Made by a program: the position numbers and the translations under genes. A stretch of 61,246 nucleotides of DNA, the filler included, from Catajapyx aquilonaris (Eukaryota): NCBI GenBank assembly GCA_000934665.2. It is 3 parts of 3 records of this genome, joined end to end, with 100 filler letters (N's around TTAATTAATTAA, not from the genome) between each part and the next. Parts side by side here need not be neighbours in the genome. Positions count along the whole stretch, not along the records: positions 20,451 to 40,798 come from JYFJ02006285.1; positions 40,899 to 61,246 come from JYFJ02006288.1; 1 more part is not named here. One strand, 5' to 3'. This document shows, one piece after another, positions 37,274 through 51,045 of the stretch. Each line of letters begins with the position of its first letter. The first letter of the stretch is position 1. Below the pieces are notes generated by a model, which saw nothing but the letters and a program-made list of their open reading frames with translations, searched no databases and had not been told where the DNA came from.

Positions 37274-37535
37274 GGGCAGGAGGGTGAGTGGTGGCTAGGG
37301 GCAATGGCTGTGTGTCGAACACGGAGCAGGCAGGCTGAAGGATAGGCGTGTATCGGCTGAAGATAGGTCTGTATCCGCAACGAAGGAAAGTTAGGTTAGG
37401 TTGGGTTGGGTTGGTACAGCATACCCCTTCCCCTGCCAAAGTCGGTCTGTCATAACAAAATCCAAAAAAATCAATACTTGCATCCTTGCGTTTGCGACAC
37501 AGCCATTGCCCCCAGCCACCACTCACCCTCCCGCC
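37274..37535. mobile_element. MITE with ~45-bp TIRs and an internal (TTAGG/TTGGG)n tract
   Basis: GGAGGGTGAGTGGTGGCT-GGGGCAATGGCTGTG pairs with CACAGCCATTGCCCC-AGCCACCACTCACCCTCC. Confidence 0.75.
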
Positions 37536-38116
37536 TTTCCTGTGTCTAAAAGCCCTATTCCAATTTTTAACCATAATAAGACGGGTATCCTATATGATAG
37601 GTAGGTAGAAAGCAAAATTTGTTGGTGAAACTGTAGTATTTTTTCATGAAATTACATAGTTTCTCTGTACCTTTTAAAATTTTCTGCCACTTGAAAAAAT
37701 ACCATTTTGTGACCATAACAGCTTGGAAAAATTATGCTTAAATATTTTGTAGATGTCGGCATTTTTAATGATCTGGCCAGGGCCCTGGAGTTTTCCCCAG
37801 TCAAATGACATATACCAGGTCAGAAGACACTACCAGACATAGACTCTATTGGTTTGGGCTAAGGGCATAGCTGAAGATTAATATTTCAGATTTGATTCAA
37901 ACTGCGTAGCTTTGTGGATCAACCCATATCATGAACTTTGAATGGAATTTTCACAAGCCAATGTCAGGAAACCAGCAGAAATTATTTTTTAACTCCTCCC
38001 AAAATTCACAAAAGATATTAAATACCACCAGTTGTGTAATGGTTGGATTTAACTACAGTTATCAAATTGTTTTCATTGCTTCCAGAAAATTTGTGTAAAT
38101 CGTAACAGCCACAAGT

Positions 38117-40015
38117 ATGGTGGGTGACGTTAATGGCTGCACCAATGAAGAAATATCCTTGTACATGGAATGTGTCGATGAGGATCCTGAGCCATGTCAG
38201 GTGGAAGTCTACGAGCGACTTGTTAGGGAGAATCAGGAGTTTCACTCCCAGCTGGAGCAGTTCCGCAAGAATGGCGTGGAAGTGTTGGGGAATGAGTACG
38301 TGCCTGGGAGAATTAAGGTGATTCAGCCAGGATCTCAGCTGCAGAAAGGTTCAATACAAGTGAAGCAGCCAGTACCAGTGGTGCCATTAACACAAGTGTC
38401 GAGGCCACTGGTACCTTTGGCCAAGGGATCCACTGGACAGATTGTTGTACAAGGAACTGGTGCAAGTGGAGGACCATATTTAGTAATGGACCCTAACATA
38501 AGCTTTGTTGTAGGAACATTGCCTTCTACCGCAACCTCTGGGACCCAAGGTCTGTGGCATTCATGTTAGGAATAGGACATGTTGATAATCTTCACTTTCT
38601 TTTCAGTTATTACAAGCACAACTTTCACAACCACAGCATCATCAGTTGTAAGTATGAAATTAATGAACAGATATTTTAGCACTGGCATTTCATCAACTTG
38701 GTTGCTGTCAGTATTTACTGTTGACCACACTAACAGAAACATGCTCTAGGTGCAATATTTGGGTGTGACTTGACTTATAAAGATGAGATTAGTCAATTGC
38801 TTAAATGAAGGTTCACTCATTGTGCAAGTTGGGCTCCATAAAATGCGAAATACGTCACTCGCTCGAATCGTTTCATATGGCGCTTACAAACTACACAGAA
38901 AGGGACACCACCCTTGCCTTTCTTGCCCAAGATGGTACTTGCTTCCAAGCCTGCCTCGATATGCCGGACTGGAAGGCCAGAAATGATAAACCCCCATGCC
39001 GAAATGCTAAACATAAACATGTGTCGCCTACTCGCCTTCCAGTCGTTCCCTCCAGGCATTTGGTCATGGGGATCTGATACAGGAGCAACAGATGTAGGCC
39101 ACCGGTAAACAATTAGGGGCCAAGCAAAAGAGAGGTCTGGAAAGTAACACCTCGGTGATAACATATATGCATTGGCATCAGCCAGAAATATCCGACCCCG
39201 AACTGCATTCCAAACTCGCGCTGCTGGGGACAAGTATCCAACTTCCTCAGGCAGCCGCCAAGTGGCCGGTATCCAACTTCACCTGGTGGCCATGGGTGAG
39301 GAGGGCGTCTCCACGCTCGATCAGAAGTCGAATTTATTCCGACTTTCCTATCTTCCCCTGTCATTACCGTTCGCCTCAGAGATAAATGGATCGCATTCTC
39401 GGAATCAGGATTTTTTGCCTGATTTTTAGAGACCAACTTGTATTTTGAGTGGAGTGTCCCTTGAAGGGAATATCCAAATACAGTATGAATAAAATTAGTT
39501 TCCACATGTCTTGATATAAATATTTGTTACCAGGTACAATCAACAGCTGTTGCTACCCAGGCAAGGCAATTAAATACAGCAGCAAAGACTATTATGCCTA
39601 CTAGTTCAATTGTAAATACAGGTATGTCTTTTGCATGTAGAAGTAAATTGTCACTTTGTGTGAGGTCTTTGAACTAATGTTACAGTGCCAAGCGGAAAGA
39701 TGAAACCAATTCAGCCCAAGCCATCTGCTGTGGTAATGATGGTGCAGCAGCCTGTTGCACCTAAAACTACAACAATTTCCTCGCCGACTGTGAATACAGC
39801 AGAACCTAAACGTACTGTTGTTGCTAAGGACGTACCAACTGTTGATTTGACGAAGGGAGACGACAGCAATGTTGAAGGGGACCCTAAGGTGATTACTACC
39901 TTTCGGTCTGATAACGGCCAAGGGAAGACTTTTCCATCACTTGTTGTGATGGTGCGGCTATGCCTACATGACAAGATGGCGAAGAACACTGTTGTGGCTG
40001 AGCGAGCTAAACTAG
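38117..40015 (+). CDS. POGZ/ZNF280/row-like protein, 5' part; exons 38117-38549, 38607-38647, 39534-39621, 39686-40015; truncated by contig end
   Basis: N-terminal LYMECVDEDPEPCQ resembles the LFMECEEEELEPWQ motif of POGZ/ZNF280. It is followed by a low-complexity region, a SIM-like TVDLT and GKTFPSLVV...ERAKL. Introns are phase-compatible GT-AG. Confidence 0.65.
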
Positions 40016-40798
40016 GTATTGTTGTGCATTGCATTTACCACCTAGCCTATTAGAAAGGGTCATGCCAAATATTAGTCAAGAAACTCCTGTGAAATTACTT
40101 GGTATTTGGTTATTTGGTAATGTTAGAGATTCTGTCATGTGAACTTATGGCCCTAATAGAGTGACGTAATAGTTTGAACAAGGCTTTCTTTTCTTTTTTA
40201 ATTGCCATTTTTTGCATAAATAAAAGCTTGAAATAGTATTTTAAGAATATCACATTCTGACCTTCAAAAAGCATGCTCTTGCAAAACAAAAATTGTTTTG
40301 ACACTCCAAACAAAAGCACTGTAAATATTAAAAGAAACATTCCTGGGTGCTGCTAGTATATCAAATATGGGTACATTGTAAGTACATTTTTGGGAAGCAG
40401 TTAGATCGTCATCAACAGGATTTACCCATGTGATCAGATAGGTGCTTCTTTTTGTGAGGTTGTAATCAATTATATGCAATTACTTATGAATATAACCATG
40501 ATTTTACAATAGCTATTTTAACCATATTTTTGCACACTGAGTGGCATCAACGCGATTACATTACCATGGAAGCAGGCCATGCAAAGAACAGGCTTCGTTG
40601 CTAGTGCCACTATAAATCAGGGTGACCAGCAGACTGACCTACTTTGAGAGTACAATTTTCTGGGCACACCCGCATGCATGAATCAGCATGGATAATCGGG
40701 AGTACTATCACGGTCAAAAAGATTGTCGGACTGTTATGGAATCGTCCGCGACTTTTTCTCCCGCCAATCAGTGTGCCAGGTGCAGGTGATTTGGGCGA

Positions 40799-40898
40799 NN
40801 NNNNNNNNNNNNNNNNNNNNNNNNNNNNNNNNNNNNNNNNNNTTAATTAATTAANNNNNNNNNNNNNNNNNNNNNNNNNNNNNNNNNNNNNNNNNNNN
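40799..40898. other. Artificial contig linker (44N + TTAATTAATTAA + 44N)
   Basis: Identical to the linker at 20351-20450. Confidence 0.97.
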
Positions 40899-41359
40899 TC
40901 AACATGTCCGTAACCCGGCAGCGCCCAGGATTACCAACACATAAACACAAAAGCACATAAACAGTCGCGACATTACTTTTGCGGTCAATAGTACAGTTGT
41001 CTCTCTCAGTCCCTTTTCCCCTGGTATTCTTCTCTGTTAGAAAGCTACATCATGATGCTAATTTAAATTTAAATTGGTATCAAAACTTAGAAAAACAACG
41101 CAGTCACTACCAATGAATCTGCCCAAAGCAAATATTGAACTACATCAGTGATCTCCTCTCTCAAAAAATTAGACTTTTGATTTGAGAGGGAAGCATAATT
41201 ATGTGATGAGGTATGGATGGTGTCCCATCAATTAGAAGGAAAAAGCAGGAAGCATGCTCGGCAGCCACTCCAGTAAGTGGCACAATGTGACAAGGTTGCC
41301 AGCAAGGTTTAATTGAGACCAGAATCCCTAGTAAATGTTATGTGAATGCACCAACTCAC

Positions 41360-44300
41360 CATTTTCAACCATGGAGTCCGTAGAATTTTCAGCAATTTCA
41401 CCTAAATCCTGTCAGAAGAGAGAAAAAGCATTAGTAAGCTGTCTTCTCACAAATATGTATATCTCTACCTTCCATGAGTCCCTTTGTCTCCATACATCCT
41501 CTTCTCCTTCAGGTGCAGTTGACTCTGTTTCCTCATCCCCATTGCCAGTGAGTACCACTTCCTGTCCTTGAACAACCTCCCCATTCATATGTCTAACCAA
41601 GCAAAGGTAGTATCCTGACCCAAATACAGACTTGAGAAAGAGAGATGAGCCACAGCACTGTAAACGTCCATTGGCTATAATGGCTATTCGATTTCCCAGG
41701 AGGTCTGCTTCATCCATAAAGTGAGTGGTTAGAATTATAGTGCGGCCTGAGAAGTAAATCAAACATTAATGACTCAATTGTACCTCCCTGTCATACACAA
41801 TGCCTGCACTGCTGCAACATATTACTAAAGCTCCCCCATCAGCTTGCTCATCAGAGTATGGAAGATGAGCAGCATATATCCAGAAATATGATAATCACAT
41901 GCAAGGAGTAAAAACATCATGGCCATGTTTCGTCAAACACATCTGGGGTAAACTTTGGCTAGATACCTTACTCACCCTCTTTTAATTTTTCTTTTATCTC
42001 TCTAATGAACTAGAAATCGGCTCTGAATGTTGTACCTTTCTTGTATTTGAGCAGAAGATCCCAGATGGACCTCCGCGAGTAGGGGTCCACTCCTGATGTG
42101 GGCTCATCCAGCACAACAGTCCTGGACCCTCCTACAAAGGCCACAGCCACTGAAAGTTTCCTCTGCATTCCTCCTGACAGATTCTTGGACAATTCATGCC
42201 TCTTGTGGGGAAGTCCTACATCCATTATCATCTCTGACAGCTCCACTTTCACTTCTTTTTCCTCACGGCCTTTCAAACGAGCATAGAACCACAGGTGTTC
42301 CTCCACACTCAGTCTAAACGGATAAAAATAATCAAATCAAGCTATGACAAGTCTGTTACTTTTGCCACCATTGAATAGTTACTTGTCAAATAAAACGTTG
42401 TGCTGTGGGCATGTTCCGAGGCTCTTCCTGATGTGGTCCATGTCAGTGCGAATGTCCAGTCCATATATGGTAGCAGTACCAGCCGTTGGAGTTAAAAGGC
42501 CAGTCAGGATGGATCTTTTGACAAACAAAAATTATGAAAAAAGTGATGATACTTATGTGACATTACAATGACAACAAGAATATTCAACCTTGGTAAATTT
42601 TCCTGTGCCGACAAGTGGTCTCAGATTTGTAAAACCTCACTCACATAGTTGTAGTCTTCCCTGCTCCATTGTGTCCAAGAAAAGCAGTAATCTGGTCCTC
42701 ATAAAAGTTCAGATTCAGGTCATCAACTGCCACCTTTCCATTGTCATACACTTTTCTCAGGTGCTGGATAGACACACCCAGAGGAAGATGTGTTGGCTCG
42801 CTTTCCATGTTTGCATCTGTTTGCACAAAAGGAAAGACCGCAATTACATTGGCAGCACATCTCAAGCCCTGATAATGCAAATGGCATTCTCTCAATACAT
42901 ACCTTGCTGATTCAAATGCATCGTCTCACCACTTCCATCTGTGCTTTCAACTGATAAGTCACACCAGTAGCTCTTCTGCATAAAGAAGTACCACTTCTTG
43001 GGCATTCCAAACTCGCCTGTAGTAAAGCCACCTCTTGTTAAGAAGAATCAGAGCAGAAAATTCAAAACTCTCTTACCTGGCCACACTGCTTCAATGTACC
43101 AGGTGAGAAGAGCGTAGACGAATGCATCAGATATCTGCATTGCCATACACTTGCCCAAACTGTACCCATCATCTGGCTTTGGACTCGTCATGAAGTTGCT
43201 CCAATGTGCTCCCGTGCCAAGCTCTTCCCACGCAGCAAAGTATGAGCAGCCAAAGCCGAAAGCCACATTAGATGACATGCTCTGCCAATTGAGGGTATTT
43301 TTTAGAAAATGGAGTGCCAAATAACAATGCTTGTATACAAGAAACCTAAAACTTAAACACAAATATCTGGCAGATATATGGATCAAACAGTGACTGTCAT
43401 TATACACAGAAACCACCCAAGTGAGAGTTAGGTCAGACCCACATTGGTAGAAAGTTCACATAGCCGTCTTCACATTTTATACAGAAAAAATTCGAAAATT
43501 ATACATTTTGACTTGCATTGCAGTCAAATTGCATTGCAGTCATTGCATTGCAGTCACTGCATTGCAGTCACGAAAAGTCATTAATTATTTCTCTTTATCA
43601 CATAAAAAATCAGTTGTTTTGACTCGCCCTCATAGAACCTAAAATTGCCTATTTCGGACTTTGGAGCCTAAATTGCCTATTAATAATAATAATATAATAT
43701 AATGGATACCCCGTGGTAGGCCTCCTTGGGCCTATTAGGAGATCATCTTTTAATTGACAGACTTTAATCATTGCCTTTGCTGTGATGGATTTTGATTGCG
43801 GGAGGAAATGGAAGAACCCAGAGAAAACCCACACGAATACAGAGAGAACCCATTGAAACTATATCCACATAAGTGTCCTCCGTCCGACCCGGGGATCAAA
43901 CTCGTGACCTTAGAGGTAGAAGGCTGCAGCGCTAACCACTGCACCACCATGTCGCCCATCTAAATGGCATATTAGTGCCTATTTTCACCTTTTTGAAGCT
44001 GTTTTGTAGGATTTTCGAGAGTTCTGCAGGTTTTTCTGTTCAAAGAATTTCCCACTTCAAACTGTGAAGGGCGAAGAAGCTGCAGACATGCCAGATGAAC
44101 TGGCTATAGAAGATATTTCACTTTTCATGTATGATTCAGTTGCTTTGTGTGACGTCAAAAGGTCATTTTCAGCATGTAGAAGTGTATTGTCAGACAGACG
44201 TCGCCGAATAACTTCTATTAACCAACAAAAATATGAAACGACTGCTAGTTTGTTACTGTGCTGCAAAATTCCGTGCCCAATAGCAGGCTGTAATATTGTG

Positions 44301-47300
44301 TAGAAATGAAAATAAATTAGGACCTGCTTGATTTTTACTGCCTATTAACCCTTAACTACGTAGGTGGCGCCTGAGAGGCCCCAACCACTATTTAAACGTG
44401 ATTTACCTTGTTAATCAACATTTTGTTCCTGTTTGTTTTCTGTCGGAATATGCTCAGCATGTGATTTTTACATTTTCAGAAGCCAAATGATCTGAACTGC
44501 ACTTTTTGTATGTGAAAAGTCAAATACAATATAACAATTTAACTGCGAAGCCGAGATTTAAATATACCGTTGGAGCCACTCAGGCGCCACCTACGTAGTT
44601 AAGGGTTAAAAGCCTATCATGTCTGCTTTCAGGGCCTAAATGCCTATCTATTTGAGGTTTTTTAGAACCTAAAAAAATGCGTTCCTTAACAATGAGTATG
44701 CATCAATTTGTTCAGTACTTTCCATATTAACCTGGAAAATTACAGGATATCACAAGTGAAACCAGGAGTATACACTTACTGCCAATAGTTTACTGTGTGT
44801 AGCCACTTTTTCCTCCCATATGATCATGAATGGGTAGGGAAGGTAGAACACAAAGAAAATCATCCCTCCAGCTGCTGCTGCTAGGTTGGCCTTAGAAAAC
44901 CAGGTGGATATAAGAAAGCTCGTGGAGATGGTAGCAATTACGTGACATGTCAGGAAAGCCAGGACCAAGGTTGCATCAGAATTCTCAATCACATTGCCAT
45001 ACTGTAAGAAAAATATTAACCATCACATAGAAGGAACATGTTAATCAATTTTGAGCTTCACACTCACCACTAAGATGCAAGTCAGGATCAGGACAGTGAT
45101 GAACATGAAAACAAAACTGTCAATAAACCAGCTAGCCCAGTGAACTGTGTTTCCAAGACCCATTACACGCATAGTCTCTTTCAGACGATTCTCTTTCTCA
45201 TACACTATGGATTTGATTATCATGGCTGATGTGTAAACCCAAGACAGGGTCATGAACAGTGGAAACGTGCGACTAATGGCCAGTACAAACCTTTTAAAAA
45301 AGGAGAAAAACCATTGCATGCCATTAATACCATAATTATCATAAACTTGTCAAATTCGTATAATTAGATAATTCTAACATAATCCTGTCAAGTTATACAT
45401 TTTATGTAAGATCTTCCCCATGGTTAACCCTGGCTCCAGATCTGAAACTTAGGGTATTTTATATCAATCCTGGAATTATCATGCCACTTGTCTTCAAGGC
45501 ATGGTGACTTGGAGAGTCATACTAGAAACATGCCATCGAACACATACTAAATCCAACTCCAGTACATGACTTTTCAAGGGATCACGGCTGCAGAGTGGTC
45601 CCCAACTCCAAGTATCGTTATGTTAAGGAACCATTGAAACTGCTAGTTACTGGTAATTGAATTACATAAGGTGTACAACAAGTCAGTTCCAGGTTCATGC
45701 AAGGCAATCACTCTTTTTTCAAATAAAATAAAATAATGCACTTACTGGTCATGAATGTAACATGGGTAAGGAAACTGCTTGACATACATCCCAGGAAGCA
45801 TTTCCCTTCCCGTCTGCATGCGAATAACATCCTGTTCAATGATATCCTGCAAGTATGCAAATCCATAAGTGAGGTACTTCAGGTCAATTCCTGGCCGCCT
45901 TCTGGGTGTAGGTCTCGGTATCCTGTCTTCTATCTGAATGGTTGAGTCCACCCTGTCGCTGTCCATTCGCAGCTTGTAATGAACGTAATGGGGCAGTTCT
46001 TCAGATGTGTCATTCTCTAAAATGTTGGTGAAGATGACCACAGCCCACAGCTTGTTATCTTCCAAGAGTTCCATCCCACGGTCAACTGCATCCACTTCAT
46101 TCAGATGGCCCTCAACTTTATCTACATCATAACACTGGACAAAAAGTGACATTACAGTCAAATTATCATGTAAATTACGTAGTACTTTCAAACCACACTA
46201 CATCTGTGTCAAATAATAATAAAGTAATCACTGAATACATGTAGCAGACTTGAACCCAAATGCAGCTTGTGAAACCATAATAGCAAAGCAAACATTTCTA
46301 ACATTTCAGTTTTTTAGTTGCTTGTGTATAAGGACATACCAAGCCAGAGACATGAGAACTACTTGATGAGTTTGAGTTGAGATTGTTACTGATTAATACT
46401 CATACGTGAAACTTACATCCAAGTACATCTGGAGATCCATGGTTACATTTTCCAACGAATCAAACAGATCCTCCCATCTGTCTGGAAAATTCCCTATCAG
46501 AGAGTCAACATGTTCCATAACTTCACCTTCTCCACCTGGTACCATTTTGGATTTTTTCAAGAACCAGTCAAGAAACTCCAATGCTTTAGAGCGATCCAAC
46601 TGTGACTTGACTTCCTGTAAGATAGTAGTGTCTTGTTCCAACAATTCCTTCAGCTTTGGGATCAAATTCTCCAAGATCCATGTAATGGCATTCTGGAAAA
46701 CGGTGACTGTCTTGAAGTGATTATTCACTTTCTCCATCAGGCGAATGGTGGCTGGAGTTGTTGGTGCAAAAACAATCTTCCCTCTATCATAGGAAGAGCG
46801 AAAAATTAATACATGAAGTGTGCAGATGAAATTCATTAAAAGCTAGATTCGATTAAAGTACTGATATGAGTGTGAACTGTAACTGCAAGCCAACAAACTT
46901 CCCAAAATTTCATGAAAATAAACCCTCCACAATAAAATTGACACAATATACAATACAACCAATGCAAATTTTACAGTACTGTTGTTCTTTACATTTGTCA
47001 AGAAAGGCACAACTTTCTAGAAAACTGTCTTTTCCTGCAGATACATTTTGCCCACTTCAGTACCTTAGCTATTTGTCTGATCCACTTAATTATTGATCCT
47101 CTATTTAGATGAACACAATCTCCCACCTTATAAATGGCTTGACCTGAAGCCACAAGAAGCGTGTAACCCTGGTCTTTTCAAATTGATAAAACATCTCATT
47201 ACACTCAGGGCTGGCATCTGTGTCATTCTTAAACTCCTCCTCCTTCTCAACTGAACTCTCCTTCAGCTGGTCACGAATCTCATCAAATCGTGTCGTCTTT

Positions 47301-50300
47301 TTCCACCGATCCGCCATTTCATGCAAAAATCCAGGATTTTCTTCGCCACATACGAGAAGTTGCATAAGATGGAAGCCAGTGAGCAATGCTGTTATATTGG
47401 CATCTACTAGATCTTCTTCAAGTGCTGTTGCCTTAATGACTTCAAAGCGGGACTGTAAGCTGTTAACTGCCTCTTTGACTGCTTCCATCTCCCTTACATC
47501 TGCTCCAACCCTACGTCCAATCTCAAAGCTTTCTCTCCAATCATCCCAACTCATACGCTGGCCAGCATTTGCTTCTACATAGGTGCTCAGCTCCTCCAAA
47601 ATGGCTGTCCCATTTACCTGGCTATATGTTTCATTCACCAGCCATCGCACTTGATTTGAATCTAACCCACATAGCTGTGAGAGTGTAGCATCCAGATCCT
47701 TAAGTTTGGTGAGAAGTATGTGCTGCATTTTGGTGTCATTGCAGAGCAATGCTTTGGGGTTGGTTACTAGTAATGAAACATCATCACGGTCAATCCCACT
47801 GACATTAAGCTGTGCTCCTAGTAGACTTCGGACTTGACGGGACGTCAGACCCAGCCCACGCTTTCGGATTGCCTTGGAGAATGACTGAGGATCTCGCCAA
47901 ACTGACGACAAATCCAGGGTATCTGAAATCAGAAGAAATCCACTATGACTTTCCTCAAATGGCATTTATCATTGCAACATATTGGTTAGCTTCCATGTAA
48001 ATAACCATCACAAGGTGTTACTACTGTAAAAAGTACATTAAGTACATTAGTATGTAAGTATATTTTTGTAAGTATGCACTGCTTCCAAAGTGATCCAAGG
48101 TAAGCAATGAAAATAATAATATTCTCATTGGGCAGTCTAATTGGGCAGACCTAACAGATGTCTAATGATATTTTATAGCCATATTTTAAATCATTCAGAG
48201 TCAACTTTTTAATTTGGAAATACTGTATCACATTTTTTGTATGGAGAGGACTGCCATGTCAGGTGACATTAGCAATGGAAAAAAGGGGGAGTTAACTTCC
48301 CAAAACCACATGGGACCTTCCTCAATTGAAAATGGTTGTGCATTTGGTGAGAATCTTGCATATCGTTCAATTATTGCATTGAAAATGGTTGGAGAATTCC
48401 TCACCCTTTTTACAATAATTTATATGTTGCATGCAGTTATTTGTCGTGATGCATACATGTGGGAAGTGAAATATTTTAATCTAAACTTCTTTTTTTAAAT
48501 CCACTCCAATCGAACAATATGAAAATGCACAAACATTGGCCATTCAGCATGTATACATTGCCAGGGGTAAACCCATCATCCCAGCCATTTTCTGCCACCT
48601 TGGATCATCAACTTGGGGCATGAACCACTTGTAATGTGACTTTCATTCATAATCAATAGCTCACTCTGGCCTGAAGTCTGGGAAGGATCTCTCACTGACT
48701 CCAGTACTTGTACCAAGTTATCCACATCAGTATGGAGGCGGCCAAAACTGTCACGAGCTTGTGAATCTATGTGTCGGTTAAGGACCTTCTCTAGCTCTCC
48801 CAAGATTTCATCCCACCTGAAAATGTTCAAATATAAGAATGGCAGTCACATAAAAAGTACACATTCACAAGATGAATTTCCAGGTACAGCTGACTCTGGT
48901 TATAACAGCCTCGGCTATAACAGACTCGAAAGGCCACTCCCGGCATACGTCCATAAGGCCCGGTGTATTTTTACTCCTGATATAACAAACATTTTCACCT
49001 GACCTCTGCAGCTGCAACAGACCATTTATTGGCCCCCTGCCTGGAAAATATGCTGTTTTCAACTTTCTTTGTCATATGCAGGAAGGCAGAGAATACTGGA
49101 GTGGGGGTGATTTTCGCATCTCCCTCTGATCTAAGCTTCCTACTTGTAAGTTTTGCACCTCAAGGTTGAGGCACACATGTGATCTGTTCAATGTATCCTG
49201 GAGTCTTAATCCTTTGGGCTGAATGACAGAGCTGACCCTGGTTCCCAGGCTAGGGTTCTGCAGACCCAAGTCTATACCTGAGTCAGGCAGTTTAAACGAA
49301 GGCAGCCAAGATGTTGTGCAGCAAGTTTATGAGACACTCCTTTACACTTGCCAAAAAGGTCAAAATTATACTTTTTCTAGTATATTTGGCAACAAGGTGA
49401 CAGCATAAGAAAATTATGGATTTTTATGGTCCTGCATAATTTTCGGGTGGGCTAGTTTTTGTGGATAGTTCCATTAATCAGTATGCAGTAGTGTGCATTA
49501 TAAGCCTATGGAAAGCAGAAAACTTTGTGTAATCATTGCAAAAGTGGTCATTTGGCTATAACCGACCTGAATTACAATATACTTTTTTCCCGCAGTTCCT
49601 TGATGTCTGTTACATCCTGAGTCAACTGTATCATGTTTTGCTAGTTAATTCACTCATTTATAAATAACAAAACAAGCCTTTCTGGAACTCAAAAAGGGAT
49701 AATTTGTACCATGTTCAAATACAGGGTGGTCCAACATCAAGTGTTGTTTTATAACGGCAATTAATAGAAGCGCTTTACGATTGACGTAGCAGCGACGTGT
49801 AAAATTGCCCACTTCGATGGCGCCGAAGATGCGCCGAAGTGGGACATTTTACGCGTCGCTGCTACGTCATCGCAAAATCACTGCTATTAATCGCCGTTAT
49901 AAAACGACACTTGATGTTGGACCACCCTGTATATACTGTAGTTATTAAACAAATATTGAACATGGCCTTCCACTGCATAGTTTACCCATGTGCTTATTAA
50001 TTTGATCAGTGTATGAATATTTCCATACGTGAATTATTGGATTGATTGGAAATTTGAGTGCTCTTTTGTACAGTTCATAAAGCTAAAAAAAGGTTGCACT
50101 AGTACCCTATGTTTCTGTGACCGGTATAATTGCAGGTGTGAGAAACATGCATTATTTCCTGGGTAATTAATGCTGCAAAAATGTGCCTGTAAACAAATTT
50201 CAGGTAACAGCTGGCTTGGGCTTACTGCGTCTGGTTATACAGAAGGATAGCATCATCATCAATCACTTTTGAGTGACAGGTGTTGTTCATGGTACATAAG

Positions 50301-51045
50301 AAGGACCTCATGAAAGCTAGGAGACCTGCTGATGGCATTGCTTTTTCCTCGAAATGGCCTGAAATTATTAAACCACATTAGTCACTGCCATTTAAGGCAC
50401 AAAGATGTATTACCAGTACTTACACTCATGCTTGAACTCTTTCAGTCCACGAGTCCGAACCCACATAAGAATCAGGAACAGAAACAGTGGCCATATCAAC
50501 TCGACAATGGCTCGTATCTGAAAAAACAATTTGAATTAATTATTATAAAGTAATTTAACCACTCATATAAAGCAATATGCCATGCACAATAAAACAATTA
50601 TGGGGTACACTATTGTGATAGTGGCTCTGCTTATTTTTGTAATTGACAAATATCCCAATGCACGCAAGACCTTGAATTGGTATAAATGATGAAACTGTGT
50701 AATCACAAGACCTGTCAAACTGTGAGATCAATAACCAGCTATTTGCCATAAATTACACACAAGAGATATGGCAAACAATATAATTTATTGACCCCTACTG
50801 TCTGCAGCATAAACATATACACAAAACACTGCTACTGTAATAAACCGATCTGCGCAGCACGTGATGAGTAAAACTTTGGGGGTCATTCCTCATCTATGCT
50901 GCTATTCCAGTAACAATCAATGCAATCACATGATCTATCTGTTTGGATTGGTTATAAGAAGATGAGATATGTAACATGCCTTCTGCCTTCTCCTGAGAAT
51001 GAAGTTCTTCCAGAGAAGTAGCCACAGCTGGCTGACAAACTTCAT
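41360..51045 (-). CDS. ABCA-subfamily transporter (ABCA1/4/7-like), N-terminal half; exons 51045-50980, 50517-50424, 50358-50226, 48816-48665, 47922-47127, 46783-46417, 46134-45746, 45290-45068, 45001-44780, 43281-43077, 43016-42903, 42816-42645, 42514-42383, 42313-42036, 41746-41469, 41408-41360; truncated by contig end
   Basis: [34 protein letters not shown], a large ECD1, [21 protein letters not shown], Walker [10 protein letters not shown], signature [10 protein letters not shown], Walker B VVLDEPT and TTHFMDEAD. Confidence 0.95.
43681..43959 (-). mobile_element. tRNA-derived SINE
   Basis: A box TGGTGCAGTGG, B box GAGTTTGATCC, a GTGGGTTTTCTC-GGGT--TCC-TTTCCTCCC core and a (TAT)n tail. 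Confidence 0.85.
44349..44605. mobile_element. piggyBac-like MITE
   Basis: TTAA TSDs and a perfect 27-bp TIR CCCTTAACTACGTAGGTGGCGCCTGAG. Confidence 0.92.
49722..49929. mobile_element. Tc1/mariner-type hairpin MITE, copy 1
   Basis: TA-CAGGGTGGTCCAACATCAAGTG ... CACTTGATGTTGGACCACCCTG-TA; almost fully self-complementary. Confidence 0.93.

Larger units (their letters stand above)
43630..44688 (+). mobile_element. hAT-like non-autonomous remnant hosting a SINE and a piggyBac-like MITE
   Basis: [17 protein letters not shown] resembles the hAT C-terminal dimerisation motif (ERSFS). Repeated GCCTA motifs; 3' end shared with 31330-31478 and ~60650-60690. Confidence 0.65.

Noticed and set aside
37390..37414. 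Telomeric TTAGG array
   Set aside because: Only a few degenerate units inside a MITE.
38700..39480. Overlapping ORFs in the intron of the POGZ-like gene
   Set aside because: No recognisable motif; probably a decayed repeat.
20451..40798. Remaining 7TM exons of GABA-B-R1
   Set aside because: None recognised; the segment is a different contig.
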